A stretch of DNA of 64,000 nt from positions 71,074 to 135,073 of the forward strand of contig JBQLZK010000010.1 in assembly GCA_052168235.1 (NCBI GenBank). The letters are read 5' to 3'. This document shows, in pieces, positions 63,553 through 64,000 of the stretch. The stretch is from Thainema sp. (lineage in GTDB: Bacteria > Cyanobacteriota > Cyanobacteriia > Phormidesmidales > Phormidesmidaceae). The first letter of the stretch is position 1. Every line of letters starts with the position of its first letter. A model generated the notes under the pieces. The model was not told the origin of the DNA. It saw nothing but the letters and a program-made list of their open reading frames with translations, and ran no database searches. The position numbers were made by a program, and so were the translations under genes.

Positions 63553-63791
63553 GGGGTAAACCGATCATTAGGTAAAGAGCGATCGCGACTCAGATCCAGC
63601 TCTCCGGGTTCGACATCTTGGCAGAGCGGAGACTGGCGAAAAAAGTTAGAGAGCGTGTTTGAAGGGCGTTGAGATTCCTGCACCCATAGCGTAGTCAAAC
63701 TTTCGGCTAAGACTTGAATCAAATAAAGCTTTTCATCCGGTGGTAGACGAAGAAGCTGTTCTTTCAGCTCTGTAATAGTCATAGTGGTCAA
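63549..63791 (-). CDS. Putative antitoxin partner of VapC (start may be ATG 63782)
   Basis: About 80 aa, upstream of vapC with an ATGA overlap; FFRQSPL...LDLSRDRS tail. Confidence 0.75.
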   Translation of the reverse strand: MTTMTITELKEQLLRLPPDEKLYLIQVLAESLTTLWVQESQRPSNTLSNFFRQSPLCQDVEPGELDLSRDRSLPNDRFTP

Positions 63792-64000
63792 ACAATTTAC
63801 GGTAGCTATACGTTATTTCAATTATCTCCTACCCATTCTCAGCGCTTTAATAATTTAAGCTGTTCTGTTGCCCTGTATTTCTGTCAGTGAACCTGTATTG
63901 ACTCCACAGGCCAGATACCGTACTGTGAAACGTTAAGTTGTCGGCCCTAAGAACCTATCCGAAAACCGATGTTGTTCGGGAGATGAGTGCTTAAGGTGAA

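Overview
Cyanobacterial chromosomal window. Evidence: dense HIP1 GCGATCGC octamers (mostly in the form TGCGATCGCA), heptamer tandem repeats, GTAG-type REP-like palindromes and cyanobacterial gene orders; a filamentous Leptolyngbya-like host is an inference only. The core genes are hypE, tig-clpP-clpX, asd-dapA-rnj, a pair of DUF697 GTPases, tRNA-fMet, an isoaspartyl peptidase, map, rplS-tRNA-Trp-secE-nusG-rplKAJL (with L1 and L10 leaders), cysE and tlyA. Signalling genes include a DXCF cyanobacteriochrome histidine kinase in tandem with a 4xPAS-GAF kinase, an atypical receiver protein, an FHA protein and a class III cyclase-like protein with a signal-peptide-like N-terminus. There are two AT-rich, HIP1-poor accessory blocks. 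One is a flippase/glycosyltransferase/three-methyltransferase surface-glycan cluster (about 46.3-53.0 kb). The other is a toxin-antitoxin/defence hotspot (60.1-64 kb), where a stand-alone OLD-like ABC-ATPase-TOPRIM gene lies between two TA modules that have both lost their toxins, next to an intact VapBC-type pair. An amino-acid ABC transporter operon carries a different REP-like palindrome at each gene junction. Elements missed by the ORF track: a 56-aa membrane protein gene, an antitoxin pseudogene, a truncated PIN toxin stub and a partial SDR gene at the left edge. I saw no CRISPR array, rRNA or intact transposase. All family assignments come from motif recognition by eye; no database searches were run.
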